Positions 1 through 14,318 of a stretch of 64,000 nt of DNA are shown here, piece after piece (within the stretch, counting starts at the first letter, position 1; each line of letters starts with the position of its first letter). The stretch is taken from contig OX597840.1 of assembly GCA_951406725.2 (NCBI GenBank), forward strand, positions 27,280,001-27,344,000, in the 5' to 3' direction. This stretch comes from Octopus vulgaris. Lineage: Eukaryota. The notes under the pieces were generated by a model. The model saw nothing but the letters and a program-made list of their open reading frames with translations, did not search any database and was not told the DNA's origin. The position numbers were made by a program, and so were the translations under genes.

Positions 1-861
1 TTTAATATCATTTTTATTAAATTCTTTCTAAATTGAAATGTCTTAGATTTAATTTACTTTTGTGCTATTTCCATCTACATCTTATATTTTAAAAATTTGA
101 TTTGTATAGATCTCTAATCTTTTTTCAATTAAATATATATATATATATATATGGGTATGTGCGAATGTGCGTCTCTGCACTAGTATATAACAATTCGACT
201 CAACGAAGTATTTTTCACTGAGACGGCCGTTTAACGAATTATAAGAAAAATTAATTTGATCATTGATAAATGTCTATGTGAAAGAAAAATAATGGCAAGG
301 GCGAATCTGTTGATCTAACGATATAATTAAATGTAAATAATATTGTCATATTACTAAAAATGCTTCATACTACATACATTATATGCGCTACTAAGAGTTT
401 CACGTGCATAACGCACGATCATCAGTATGTTCATCAGGATTACTCTTTTTATTGATTCTTACACAAATTATTTTCGTGTATATGTGTGTGTGTGCGCGTA
501 TATATGTATATTTACTATACACCTAAGGGGAAAATTCCGCTTAATATAATTTTGGCGAGACGTCGTTCCGTTCGTGACCTTCTATCCGAATTTCATGCAA
601 TCAAATTACCAGAGTCCTTTCCCTTGACTCATTATATTTTGTAATTATGCAAATCTTTTATACAATGCTTGGATTATTTGCTTTGTGTTCTTGGTTCGAA
701 TTCCTCCAGGGTTCAGTTAGCCTTTCATACTTCCAGGGGTCGACGGAATAAACTAATAATCAACTCTTTAGATCGATCATATCGATTTACACTCCCACCC
801 ACCACCACCTTATAAAATTGCGGTCTTTCTTCCTCAATTTGGACAAATTATTGAACATTCC

Positions 862-884
862 ACATCTCTCTTTCATTTACCCTA

Positions 885-916
<32 letters not shown>

Positions 917-1320
917 CCTGCTTCTCTGTTTCTTCTTCTCTCTCCCTCTGTCTCTCTTCCTTCTTTCTCCTCCCCTTTCTTTATCTCTCTCTGTCTCTCT
1001 CTATTTGTTTTTTTCTCTCCCTCTTTCTCTCACTCTTTCTCCCCTCTCTTTCTCTTTTCTTCTCTCCCCTCTCTCGCTCCCTGTTTATCCCTCTCCCTCT
1101 CTCTCTCCTATCACCCCCTTTCCCTCCCTCTCCCACTCTTTCTCTTTACCTTCTCCCCTGTCTCTCATCCTCTCTCCCCTCCCTTTCTCTCCCACTCTTT
1201 CTCTCTTCCTCTCTTCCTGTCACCTTCTCTCTCATTCACTCTCACTCCTCACTCCCTCTCTCTCCTTCTCTCTCCCCCGTTTTCTCTCTCCCTCTCTCTT
1301 TCCATCTTCACACTCCTCCA
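862..1320. repeat. Polypyrimidine (CT-rich) low-complexity tract
   Basis: About 460 bp made almost entirely of C and T; source of the spurious ORFs 818-1366 and 1005-1439. Confidence 0.95.
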
Positions 1321-1701
1321 GCAGTTTCCATACACGGTTACTAGCCGCAAGTCGTTACGTGTTTAAAGAAAGCACACAACCGTATTTGGTTTGTTGCATA
1401 AATTCTTTGCAAAAGACAGGATTAATTCTTCAGCTTTGACGACCGAAAATGGCGCGTTTATCACAGACAAATAGAGAGAATTATGTGACAGAATTTCCCG
1501 ATTATGGGCGTAGCAAACAACATAAATAAATTTTACGGCATTAAATCGTTTAAACTGATGTCAGAAGTCTTTTTTTCTTCCTTCGGAAATTGTAGCATAG
1601 ACGGTAACTGAGCCAATATTTTACCTTGTCTAAAATGGTTGTCGACCATTTTTTTTTACATCCGGGCCCCCATAATTACTATTTTATTCTAGTGGACCCT
1701 A

Positions 1702-2427
1702 TTTGTTTCAGTCATAAAACTGCGCCCATGTTGGGACACCACCTTAAGGAATCTTTAGTCCAATGAATCGACTCTAGTACTTTTATTCTTTTCTTTTTAA
1801 GACTGGTAGATATTCTATCGTTCTCTTTGGACGAACCGCAAAAATACAGTGACGTAACCACATCAACACTGGTTACATACAGCAGGATTCTTTCAGTTTC
1901 CGTCTACAAAACTCAATCGCAAGTCCCATTCACAGGTCGGCCCGTGGCTATAGCAGAAGACACTTGCTCAAGGTGTCACACAGTGGGATTGAACCCGGAA
2001 CCATGTGGTATACTCTTTTACTTGTTTCAGCACTGCCTTTAATCAAGCAACTCGACCGCGGGACTTATTCTTTGTATGCCCAGTACTTCTTCTATCGGTC
2101 TCTTTTGCCGAACCGCTAAGTGACGGGGACATAAACACACCAGCATCGGTTGTCAAGCAATGCTAGGAGGACAAACACAGACACACAAACACACACAAAT
2201 ACACACATATATATACATATATACGACGGGCTTCTTTCAGTTTCCGTCTACCAAATCCACTCACAAGGCTTTAGTCGGGCTGAGGCTATAGTAGAAGACA
2301 CTTGCCCAAGGTGCCACGCAGTGGGATTGAACCCGGAACCATGTGGTTGGTTAGCAAGCTACTTACCACACAGCCACTCCTGCGCCTATGGAAGCAAACT
2401 TCTTACCATGCAACCACGCCTGCACCT
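1702..2427 (-). mobile_element. Nested SINE family A: young copy (about 2011-2386) inside an older degenerate copy
   Basis: Reverse complement of the family A consensus (ggcgcaggagtggctgtgtggtaag...gggttcagtccc...ggccgcagtcaaatgactgaaacaagtaaaagag). The older copy resumes at 2391-2427. Confidence 0.85.
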
Positions 2428-2456
2428 GACAAGGTTTTTTCTCCAATTTTTACATA

Positions 2457-2855
2457 GGTGCAGGAGTGGCTATGTGGTAAGAAGCTTGTTTCCCAACCAC
2501 ATGGTTTCCGGTTCAATCTCACTGCACAGCACCTTGGGCAAATCTCTTCTACTATAGCCTCAGGCTGACCAAAGCCTTGTGAGTGGGTTTGGTAGACGGA
2601 AACTGAAAGAATCCCGTCGTATATATCTGTATATCTATGTTCGTGTTTTGTGCTTTTGTTTGTACCCCATCATCGCTCGGCGACTGTAGTTGGTTTGTTC
2701 ACGTCCCTGTAACTTAGTGGCTCGGCAAAATAGACTGATAGAATAAGTACCGGGCGTGGTGGGAAAATTAAGACCTGGGGTCAATTTGTTCGACTAAACC
2801 CATCAAGGCGGTGCCCCGGCATGGCCGCAGTCCAAGATCAGAAACAAGTGAGAGA
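2457..2855 (+). mobile_element. SINE family A (tRNA-derived, diverged)
   Basis: A box tggctatgtgg, B box ggttcaatctc, CORE-like ccttgggcaa segment, family A tail. Confidence 0.85.
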
Positions 2856-2896
2856 TCAACAATAAAAGATAGCCGAAAACCTATCTTGACCCACAT

Positions 2897-3128
2897 ATAT
2901 TTCTTTACTACCCACAAGGGACTAAACATAGAGAGGACGAACAAGGACAAACAAACGGATTAAGTCGATTACGTCGACCCCAGTGCGTAACTGGTACTTA
3001 ATTTATCGACCCCGAAAGGATGAAAGGCAAAGTCGACCTCGGCGGAATTTGAACTCAGAACGTAACGACAGACGAAATACCGCTAAGCATTCCGCCCGGT
3101 GTGCTAACGTGTCTGCCAGCTCGCCGCC
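2897..3128 (-). mobile_element. SINE family B monomer
   Basis: Reverse complement of ggcggcgagctggcag...gttcaaattcc...cctttcatcctttcggggtcgataaattaagtacc...gtaaagaaata. 13-bp TSD atcttgacccaca at 2883-2895 and 3131-3143. Confidence 0.9.
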
Positions 3129-3422
3129 ACATCTTGACCCACACAGGCTGTTAGTTTCTATGTCAACTGTCCAGTGGTCATCCAAAATCGATATTATTTG
3201 GGGATGAAATGAAGTTAATATTCCGTGACACGTCTCATTTGATTGGTGATATTCATAACAGTAATTTCATTGGACGGGATCGATAGTCGAGTGTATTATC
3301 AAATTCTAAAGTTACCAAATTGGCTGTGAAACAGGATGTTCTGTAATCTAATCTGACGCAAAAGAACAGAGGTGATGCCATGGCGGAGAAATATAAAATA
3401 AATGTTCCCCTTTATATATATA

Positions 3423-3917
3423 CTAGCAGTATCGCCCGGCGTTGCTCGGGTTTGTAAGGGAAATAACTATATAAGCATTTTTAGAGAGTTATAGCCAAAA
3501 AATAGCAAAAAAATACATTAAAAATGGAAAAAAAATGATAGTAATTTTTTTTTAAATCGTAGACTCATCGTAGACATTTTTAGAGAGTTATAGCCAAAAA
3601 ATAGCAAAAAAATGCATTAAAAATGGAAAAAAAAGATGGTAAATTTTTTTTTAATCGTTGACTTATCGTAGACATTTTTAGAGAGTTACTTCCCTTATAT
3701 AATAGCGAAAGAATGCGTTAAAATGGAAAAAAATTATGGTAAATTTTTTTTTAAATCGTAGACTCATCGTAGACGCACGCTAATACCCAGAAGGGCTCGA
3801 TATGAATCACGACTATAAGATACCCGGTTTTGGTTACACTGCATCGCAAAATGTTGGAGTAGTTAGGAATCTAAATCGTAGGAGACAGACACAAGACTTC
3901 ACTTTTATATATAAAGA
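3423..3917 (-). mobile_element. Non-autonomous Helitron
   Basis: On the minus strand it starts TC(tttatatataaaag) and ends with the GC hairpin cccgagcaacgccggg then CTAG, between A and T. Three internal repeats of about 100 bp. Second copy at 61188-61582. Confidence 0.85.
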
Positions 3918-4890
3918 TATCTCCACGTCTTCCCATTCTTCTGGTTTGTAATTCTTGCTTCCATTAACATCCGCGATATGGCATTGCAGCTGAGAGATAG
4001 ATACATCTGCTGATATTGAATTCAACAATATCGAAGCACTCGTCTAAATTTCTCAGGAACTGCGAGATCAACCTGACATTTTTTCTGCTGATAAAATCAC
4101 TACATGTCGTCGCTAACAGGTTGTAAATTGAAATTAAGCAACAACAGGAGAACGTGAAAGAAAATCTTTGATGCGAGCGAGTTCAACGATAAAAGCCGAA
4201 CACGTAATCTTGACATTTATATAGAATCGTTATTTCGGTCAGATATTTCTTTAGTTCTATGGCGTTGCCGATTCTGTCATTGTTGGATCGAAGCTGCAAA
4301 GAAAAACAAAATGTCTAATATTTCTTTATTCCCTTGGCAAAACTTGTTTAAACTGGTGGGGCTTTTGACAACCAAGTCGCATGTCATTTGCAGGAACTTC
4401 CGATGAAAGAGTCAACGAACTTTCAACTGAATTAAGCTACATGTAAACTGCGATACCCTGCAGTTATGAGAATTTCCGGAACCTACAAAATTAATCCGTG
4501 GATTAACTCAGCTAAGTACACGAGCAGAAATTGAATAACATCCTTTCAAAACACTCCGGATTTTGCTTTTGAAACGTGCGACATCAGCCTCTTTTGAAAG
4601 CTGGTTTAGTAAGCTGATAAAGGAATAATATCGGGGCAAACACGACACATGGTTACATGGTGCCCTTAACATGACACAACATCGAATTGGAACCCGGTCA
4701 AAATCTTGAAACAAGTCATGTCATATCAAATCTTTGCAAACAAAAGTACATGCAAATAACCTCAGAAAATGTGATCTTTGGTAAATAAATCTGAAATCGA
4801 AGTTACAGTCAGTTTCATGTATACACACGTGCACACACAAACACACACATACACACACATACAAATATATATTTTATACAGACATACATA

Positions 4891-5250
4891 GGCGCAGGAG
4901 TGGCTGTGTGGTAAGTAGCTTGCTAACCAACCACATGGTTCCGGGTTCAGTCCCACTGCGTGGCATCTTGGGCAAGTGTCTTCTGCTATAGCCCCGGGCC
5001 GACCAATGCCTTGTGAGTGGATTTGGTAGACGGAAACTGAAAGAAGCCCGTCGTATATATGTATATATATGTATGTGTATGTCTGTGTTTGTCCCCCTAG
5101 CATTGCTTGACAACCGATGCTAGTGTGTTTATGTCCCCGTCAAAAGAGACCGATACTGGGCTTACAAAGAATAAGTCCCGGAGTCGAGTTGCTCGATTAA
5201 AGGCGTTGCTCCAGCATAGCCGCAGTCAAAATGACTGAAACAAGTAAAAA
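4891..5250 (+). mobile_element. SINE family A
   Basis: Full head-to-tail match to the other copies, with a small internal deletion. Confidence 0.9.
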
Positions 5251-5319
5251 AGAGAAATACATTCATATGTATGTCCATATGTATATACATACGTACGTGC
5301 ATACATATATACATGCATA

Positions 5320-5430
5320 CAGATTACAAGTTCAGGTTTATACCTGTAATTATTGGGGCATTGAGATATGTAACACACTGCCTAAATTCCAATCTTGAGA
5401 AATTAAGCTTCTCAAAACCAGAAAGAAGAA
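5320..5430 (+). pseudogene. C-terminal fragment of an RLE-type (R4/Dong-like) non-LTR retrotransposon ORF
   Basis: Translates DYKFRFIPVIIGALRYVTHCLNSNLEKL, matching the PVIIGALG-type motif at the end of RLE domains. Interrupted by the SINE B array. Confidence 0.6.
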
Positions 5431-6580
5431 GGCGGGGAGCCGGCAGAACCGTTAGCACGCCGGGCGAAATGCTTAGCGGTATTTCGTCTGCCGCTACGTT
5501 CTGAGTTCAAAATCCGCCGAGGTCGACTTTGGGTTTCATCATTTCTGGGTCGATAAATCAAGTACCAGTTACGCACTGGGGTCGATATAATCGACTTAAT
5601 CCGTTTGTCTGTCCTTGTTTGTCCCCTCTTTGTTTAGCCCCTTGTGGGTAGTAAAGAAACAGGTATTTCGTCTGCCGTTTCGTTCTGAGTTCAAATTCCG
5701 CCGAGGTCGACTTTGCCTTTCATCCTTTCGGGGTCGATTAAATAAATACCTGTTACACACTGGGATCGATGTAATCGACTTAATCCATTTGTCTGTCCTT
5801 ATTTGTCCTCTCTGTGTTTAGCCCCTTGTGGGTAGTAAAGAAATAGGTATTTCGTCTGCCGTTTCGTTCTGAGTTCAAATTCCGCTGAGGTCGACTTTGC
5901 CATTCATCCTTTCGGGGTCGATAAATTAAGTACCAATTACGCACTGGGGTCGATGTAATCGACTTAATCCGTTTGTCTGTCCTTGTTTGTCCTCTCTGTG
6001 TTTAGCCCCTTGTGGGTAGTAAAGAAATAGGTATTTCGTCTGCCGTTTCGTTCTGAGTTCAAATTCCGCTGAGGTCGACTTTGCCATTCATCCTTTCGGG
6101 GTCGATAAATTAAGTGCCAGTTACGCACTGGGGTCGATGTAATCGACTTAATCCGTGTGTCTGTCCTTGTTTGTCCCCTCTGTGTTTACCCCTTGTGGGT
6201 AGTAAAGAAATAGGTATTTCGTCTGCCGTTTCGTTCTGAGTTCAAATTCCGCTGAGGTCGACTTTGCCATTCATCCTTTCGGGGTCGATAAATTAAGTAC
6301 CAATTACGCACTGGGGTCGATGTAATCGACTTAATCCGTTTGTCTGTCCTTGTTTGTCCTCTCTGTGTTTAGCCCCTTGTGGGTAGTAAAGAAATAGGTA
6401 TTTCGTCTGCCGTTTCGTTCTGAGTTCAAATTCCGCCGAGGTTGACTTTGCCTTTCATCCTTTCGGGGTCGATAAATTAAATGCCAGTTACACACTGGGC
6501 TCGATATAATCGACCTAGCCCCTTTGTCTGTCCTTGTTTGTAGCCTCTATGTTTAGCCCCTTGTGGACAATAAAGAAATA
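5431..6580 (+). repeat. Tandem hexamer of SINE family B (1 full unit + 5 head-truncated units, 183-184 bp period)
   Basis: Units restart at ggtatttcgtctg at 5662, 5846, 6030, 6213 and 6397. The whole array is flanked by the 11-bp TSD agaaagaagaa (5420-5430 and 6581-6591). Confidence 0.95.
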
Positions 6581-6711
6581 AGAAAGAAGAAAGCTGATCT
6601 GATTCGAATGGTTTAACGTTCTGAATCTATTTCAAGAGATGTTGAGGAAGAAGCGGCGTAGTGGGATCGAAATAAGGACCACGTAGTCACAAATCTACCA
6701 TATTAACCATA

Positions 6712-6944
6712 TACTCTTTACTCTTTTACTCTTTTACTCGTTTCAGTCATTCGATTGCGGCCATGCTGGAGCACCGCCTTTAGTCGAGCAAACCGATCCC
6801 CGGGACTTATTCTTTGTAAGCCCAGTACTTATTCTATCGGTCTCTTTTGCCGAACCGCTAAGTGACTGGGACGTAAACACACCAGCATCGGTTGTCAAGC
6901 AATGCTGGGGGGACAAACACAGACACACAAGCACATAAATATAT

Positions 6945-6996
<52 letters not shown>

Positions 6997-7172
6997 TATA
7001 TATGATGGGGTTCTTTCAGTTTCCGTCTACCAAATCCACTCACAAGGCAGAAATGCATTGGTCGGCCCGGGACTATAGCAGAAGATACTTGCCCAAGATG
7101 CCACACAGTGGGACTGAACCCGGAACCATGTGGTTGGTAAACAAGCTACTTACCACACAGCCACTCCTGAGC
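6712..7172 (-). mobile_element. SINE family A
   Basis: Full-length reverse copy with an internal (TA)n expansion. Confidence 0.9.
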
Positions 7173-7685
7173 TTATATATTCATGTCTTTTCAGCCATAA
7201 TAGGAAAAAAAAAAAAAAAAAAAAAACTATATTAAAAAGGAGATATTAGATATTAGACATTTCTTAAGGATTCCGCAATAAGAGCTAAAAGGGATCCAGA
7301 AAATGCCACGGCAGCAGAATTAAAAAAAAAGCAAGCAGTAGAAAACACACAAAAAATAAGGATAAAAAGAAAACAAGGAAAAAAAAGACGGATTTACATT
7401 TTTTCTTATTCGTTTCAATATCATATCTAATGCTTCTTCAGAATGCAATATGGAAAAATGTATCGCCATCTTTCTGTTCTATATTAGTTATTCCGCCATC
7501 TTAGAAACATACTTCCTTTCTTGGTTTAATAGGAAAATCATTATTTTTGCTTCGTTTCATGTTTACTGTTTCGAAGAATACTCGACGTTAGGAGTGACCC
7601 CCTGCATCATCAAAATGTTTAGTTTGATCTACATTTACCTTGCCTTACTCTATCACCATATTTATCTGTCTACCTATTTGTTTAC

Positions 7686-7747
<62 letters not shown>

Positions 7748-7852
7748 GCCTTTTTGTCGATCTCTCTACACATTTCTCTATGAATCATATATATATATAT
7801 ACATACTTACTTGGAAATGTATGCGTAGTGTTCAATCAAAATAATATGAATA

Positions 7853-7942
<90 letters not shown>

Positions 7943-7973
7943 TATTATTTATGTTATATATATATACATATAT

Positions 7974-8008
<35 letters not shown>

Positions 8009-8074
8009 CAATATATGCATGTATATATATTTACACGCTCAAAAATAGACACTCAGAAAGACACATACGTAGAC

Positions 8075-8472
<398 letters not shown>

Positions 8473-8809
8473 CGTCGTAACATGTGGCCTTTTGGCGTGT
8501 ATTAATGCGAAGAAACTGCAATAGGCGGAAGAGATTAAAAGCTGAAGTATTTCCCCCAATTAATTCTTCACCTAAATCCAAATTGTTTCCTCCAGTTAGC
8601 ATTCGACAGGGAGCCAGGAGGCTTTGATCCTTACAAAATGTCTCGTGTTCAGCGAAGAGAAAATCTTTCTCAAAGAATTTAGCGAACCATAGCAAGAAGA
8701 AAAGAAGACAATGATGGTGGGGAGGGGGGAACACTAGAAAAAAGATGTGATTTATTAAATGACAAACAAAATGGTGATTTGCAGTTTTATAAACGTGGCT
8801 ACACTCGTA

Positions 8810-8854
8810 ATAACTACTACTACTACTACTACTACTACTACAAATATTACTACA

Positions 8855-8886
<32 letters not shown>

Positions 8887-8897
8887 AAGTACTACTA

Positions 8898-8929
<32 letters not shown>

Positions 8930-9333
8930 ACTGCTGCTGTCGCTACTATTACTACTGGTGTTCCTTCAACTACTATTACTACTACTATAACAACTACTAC
9001 TACTACTATTACTACTACTACTATATGCAACTTGTGCTCCTTCAACTCCTACTTCTACTACTACTACTACAACTACTACTGTTACTACTACTACTACTGT
9101 TACTACTACTATTACTACTGCTGCTGCTACTACTACTACTACTACTATTACTACAACTACTACTGTTACTACTACTACTACTATTACTACTGCTGCTACT
9201 GCTACTACTACTTCTTCATCTAATACTAGTACTACTACTACTACTACAACTACCACTACTACAACTACCACTACTACAACTACCACTACTACAACTATGA
9301 CTGCAGCTGCTGCTTTTACTACCGCTTCTTTTT

Positions 9334-9369
<36 letters not shown>

Positions 9370-9672
9370 ACACCACCACGACTACTACTACCGCCACTAC
9401 AACAACTACTACTACAACAACTACTACAACAGCCGTAGCTGCTGTTTTTGTTGCTTTTTCTTCTACTTTTCATCATCTTCTTCTACAACTACTACAACTA
9501 CTACTAACACTATCTCCACTACCACTACTACTACTGTAGCTACTGTTGCTTTTATCTTCCTCTTCATCCTCCTCTTCATCTTCTTCCTCTTCCTCCTCTT
9601 CTACTTCCTCTTCGTCTTCTTCTACAACTACTACAACTACTACCACCACCACCACCACCACCACAACTACTG
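8810..9672. repeat. (ACT)n-dominated compound trinucleotide repeat
   Basis: Directly visible; gives the poly-T/Y/L/V ORFs. Confidence 0.95.
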
Positions 9673-9775
9673 TGAGAATCATTTCAATGCTTAATGTGAA
9701 GAGCGTGTTGCAGGTCACATGACAGTGGAAATATAGACTTTACACCATTTTGGTCGCCATTTTAATAACTATCAC

Positions 9776-9842
<67 letters not shown>

Positions 9843-9996
9843 AATACAAACACACACATATATACAAGTATACATGCGTACGTACAGACGTAGATGTATG
9901 TATATACAAAGCATATACATGACTATAAGTATGTTTCTGCCTGTATCTGAGTGAATGTGTGAAAATAAGCATGAATAAGCTTACATATATATTCAC

Positions 9997-10079
<83 letters not shown>

Positions 10080-10163
10080 CACAAGTTATAGATAATGGTC
10101 TTTACATATTTTTCCTTTTTTCCGTTTAGTACAACAAATTTAGGTTTTGGCGGTTTCCTGCAG

Positions 10164-10212
<49 letters not shown>

Positions 10213-10448
10213 TATATGTTTGTATGTATGTATGTATGTATGTATCTATGTATGATTGTTTGTATGTATGTACGTTTGTATTTGTGTATGTATGTTTGTT
10301 TGTATATAAATATTAATATAATCAGTCAATCGCAATGTTACCATATAGGAAAAAAAATGATTGTCACTAAACATGACTAAAGGAATCATGACACCTACAG
10401 TGCTAGAAATAAGAGCTAAATGACCTAATACTGCCGTAAAAGCACATA

Positions 10449-10541
<93 letters not shown>

Positions 10542-10546
<5 letters not shown>

Positions 10547-10651
10547 GAAATGAGGTACTCAGAAGATCGGATGGTTTATATTTACAGCATCCGATCTGCT
10601 GAGTACCTCATTTCTTCTAATATATAATACCTGTACATCATCTCCAAACCT

Positions 10652-10655
<4 letters not shown>
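10542..10655. repeat. Short fold-back insert within (TA)n
   Basis: tagaagaaatgaggtactcagaagatcggatg ... catccgatctgctgagtacctcatttcttcta; arms of about 32 bp with 1 mismatch. Confidence 0.85.
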
Positions 10656-10743
<88 letters not shown>

Positions 10744-11030
10744 CAACTAACCTAAATTCTGCTCATACCTAAACACTGCTTTGCGCCAATACTCCTTTAT
10801 TTACCTCGATCGGGCGATCTACGGGTGTAAATCAGTCAACGTGTTGGCTGAATTATATACAAAGCTACAGCTTTATTAAGTTCGTTCACAGTTGTTTCCC
10901 TTAGGTACATCTCATTGACAAGGGCCAAGCAATTCGAAACATCGATGTATGGGATTCGTAACAGAGGGCGACACTCAACGAACTGGGGGTTTTTCACACC
11001 TTTTTACCATAAGAGAGATTTTTTTCCATA

Positions 11031-11448
11031 GGCGCAGGAGTGGCTGTGTGGTAAGTAGCTTGTTTACCAACCACATGGTTCCGGGTTCAGTCCCACTGCG
11101 TTAGACCTTGGGCAAGTGTCTTCTACTATAGCCTCGGGCCGACCAAAGGCTTGTGAGTGGATTTGTTAGACGGAAAATGAAAAGAAGCCCATCGTATATA
11201 TATATATATATATATATATATGCGTGTGTGTGTTTGTGTGTCTGTGTTTGTCCCCTTAGCATTGCTTGACAACCGGTGCTGGTGTGTTTATGTCCCCGTT
11301 ACATAGCAGTTCGGCAAAAGAGACCGATAGAATAAGTACTGGGCTTACAAAAGAATAAGTCCCGAGGTCGAGTTGCTCGATTAAAGGCGGTGCTCCAGCA
11401 TGGCCGCAGTCAAAATGACTGAAACAAGTAAAAGAGTAAAGAGAGAGT
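11031..11448 (+). mobile_element. SINE family A
   Basis: Full-length copy. Confidence 0.9.
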
Positions 11449-11515
11449 GATTGCAGTATTTTTGCCTTTTTGCAGTTGAAATATGCGACAAACATATTCC
11501 AACTGACCTAAATTC

Positions 11516-11587
<72 letters not shown>

Positions 11588-11589
11588 AG

Positions 11590-11630
<41 letters not shown>

Positions 11631-11634
11631 TATA

Positions 11635-11673
<39 letters not shown>

Positions 11674-11681
11674 TTATATAT

Positions 11682-11716
<35 letters not shown>

Positions 11717-11731
11717 CATGTACTTATATAT

Positions 11732-11766
<35 letters not shown>

Positions 11767-11965
11767 CATGTGTGTGTGTGTGTGTGTGTATATAAGTACA
11801 TATATATATCTGTTGTGTGTGTGTGTGTCTGTATGTGTTTGGGTGTATGCACACAGACACATGGAAATACAGTCAGACATCAATGCAGCCAAACGGGAAG
11901 ATAAACAGTCAAAATGACTGACAGAAAAATAATAGAGTGAGAGAGGAAAGACGGAAGAGGGAAAC

Positions 11966-11996
<31 letters not shown>

Positions 11997-12144
11997 AATG
12001 AAAGAGAAACTGAAAGAGGCTGAATGCAAGAAGAAAACCTTCGCAGTTACGCTGCGATTTAATTTATTATGCAAACCAATTAGCGAAACTAATTAGCTAA
12101 AATGGGCCGAATCTAGTTACATAGAAATGAAAATATGTTGCATA

Positions 12145-12268
12145 CAGTAATCACTCGTCATATCACGTTTCACCTATAGCGGTTCACTTATCGCGGTTCA
12201 CATGTCGCGGTTCACTTAACGCGGGGTGGAGTTGGAATGTAGCAACCGCGATAGTCGAGGGATTACTG
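12145..12268. mobile_element. Tiny pogo/Tigger-like MITE
   Basis: TIRs cagtaatc(a/c)ctcg, TA on both sides, internal 3x gcggttcac. Confidence 0.7.
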
Positions 12269-12362
12269 TATATTTCGACATTACACAAACATACACATAT
12301 ACGCACGCACATAGACACATATATGTATGTAAGCATGTCTACGTGTGTCCGTGTGTGTGTGT

Positions 12363-12895
12363 GTGGAGTCGCAATGTCCCAGTGGTCAGGATTGCGGTTT
12401 CGATTCCCAGACCGGGCGTTGTGAGTGTTTATTGAGCGAAAACACCTAAAGCTCTACGAGGCTCTGGCAGGGGGTGGTGGCGAACCCTGGTGTACTCTTT
12501 CACCACATCTTTCTCTCATTCTTTCTTTCTGCTTCCATTGTACCTGTTATTTCAAAGGGCCAGCCATATCACACTCTGTGTCACACTGAATCTCCCCGAG
12601 AACCTCGTTAAGTGTATACGTGTCTGTGGAGTACTCAGTCACTTACTTGCACGTTAATTTCACGAACAGGTTGCTCCGTTGATCGGATCAACTGGAACCC
12701 TCGTCGTCGCATCCGACGGAGTTCCACGATATATATATATATATATGTGTCACGCTGAATATCCCCGAGAACTACGTTAAGGGTGCACGTGTCTGTGGAG
12801 TGCTCAGCCACTTACACGTTAATTTCACGAGCAGGCTGTTCCGTTGATTCGGATCAACCGGAACCCTCGTCGTCGTAAACGACGGAGTGCTTCCA
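12363..12895 (+). mobile_element. SINE family C (tRNA-Arg-like head) plus a duplicated 3' half (12746-12895)
   Basis: Matches the intact copies at 34291, 40537 and 49221. Confidence 0.85.
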
Positions 12896-13170
12896 AAAAA
12901 ACAGTGTAGCTAAAAAATCCCAAGTTAACTCACCCTCGTTGAGTAATTATTACATCGGAGGATCTAGTAGCGAAGCAACATATGTACCCTGGGTTCTACC
13001 CGTTCCACTCCCTCATATTGGTTGTGGTGGTGACGTTGGTGGTGCTGGTGGCGGTGGTGTTTTGATGTTGGAGACACTTGGCTACCCTGCATCAAAGAAC
13101 GTGAGCAGTAGCTTTCAAGACGAACATGGTGGTAATATATATGTGTGCATAATGTACATATTCTTATATG

Positions 13171-13199
<29 letters not shown>

Positions 13200-13224
<25 letters not shown>

Positions 13225-13251
13225 TATTCTGTTTGCATTAATACATACATA

Positions 13252-13308
<57 letters not shown>

Positions 13309-13357
13309 CACCTATTCTGTGTGCATTTATACATACATACATACATACATATATATA

Positions 13358-13408
<51 letters not shown>

Positions 13409-13453
13409 CCTATTCTGTGTGCATTCATACATACATACATACATACATATATA

Positions 13454-13500
<47 letters not shown>
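13200..13500. repeat. Minisatellite: 3 units of cctattctgt(g/t)tgcatt + (CATA)n/(TA)n
   Basis: Unique core at about 13221, 13310 and 13408. Confidence 0.8.
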
Positions 13501-13501
<1 letters not shown>

Positions 13502-13527
13502 TATATGTCTGTATAAAAATATATATG

Positions 13528-13608
<81 letters not shown>

Positions 13609-13645
13609 GTATGTATATATGTATATATTTATGTATGTATGTATG

Positions 13646-13703
<58 letters not shown>

Positions 13704-14139
13704 TCTGTTTCTATAAAGACATATATGTATATATAAATATATATATATACTAACATATACATATATACGTTCATCCCGACATTTGCACACAAACAACTAT
13801 TTTTAAAACCGCGAAAGTTATAAAGTTATTTCAATCAGTCATTGTCAAAAAATTTCTTTTCTTTTTTTTTTTTTTTTGTTGACAGCAGCTTTGAAATATC
13901 GATAGATTAAATATTGATACCGTTTATTTATTGTTCAAAGGTTTGAACTCGATCGACTTCAAATAAAATATATTTTCTCACAATCTGCAATTGTATTTTA
14001 TTTATTTTCATGCATTTTAGAAGCTGGTAAAGACAGGTTCCTACGTTTTATACATACATACATACATACATATATACATGCATACATGTATACATACATA
14101 CATACGTACGTACGTACATACATACATACATACATACAT

Positions 14140-14197
<58 letters not shown>

Positions 14198-14318
14198 CTA
14201 CATACATACATACATACATACATACATACATACATACATACATACATACGTACATATGTACATCCGTACATACATACATACATACATACATACTTACATA
14301 CATACATACATACATAAC

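Noticed and set aside
5431-6580. CRISPR-like regular array
   Set aside because: Whole units repeat with no unique spacers; eukaryotic SINE multimer.
8475-8734. Non-repetitive N-terminal part of the minus ORF 8039-8734
   Set aside because: No recognisable motif; its length comes from read-through into (TATC)n.
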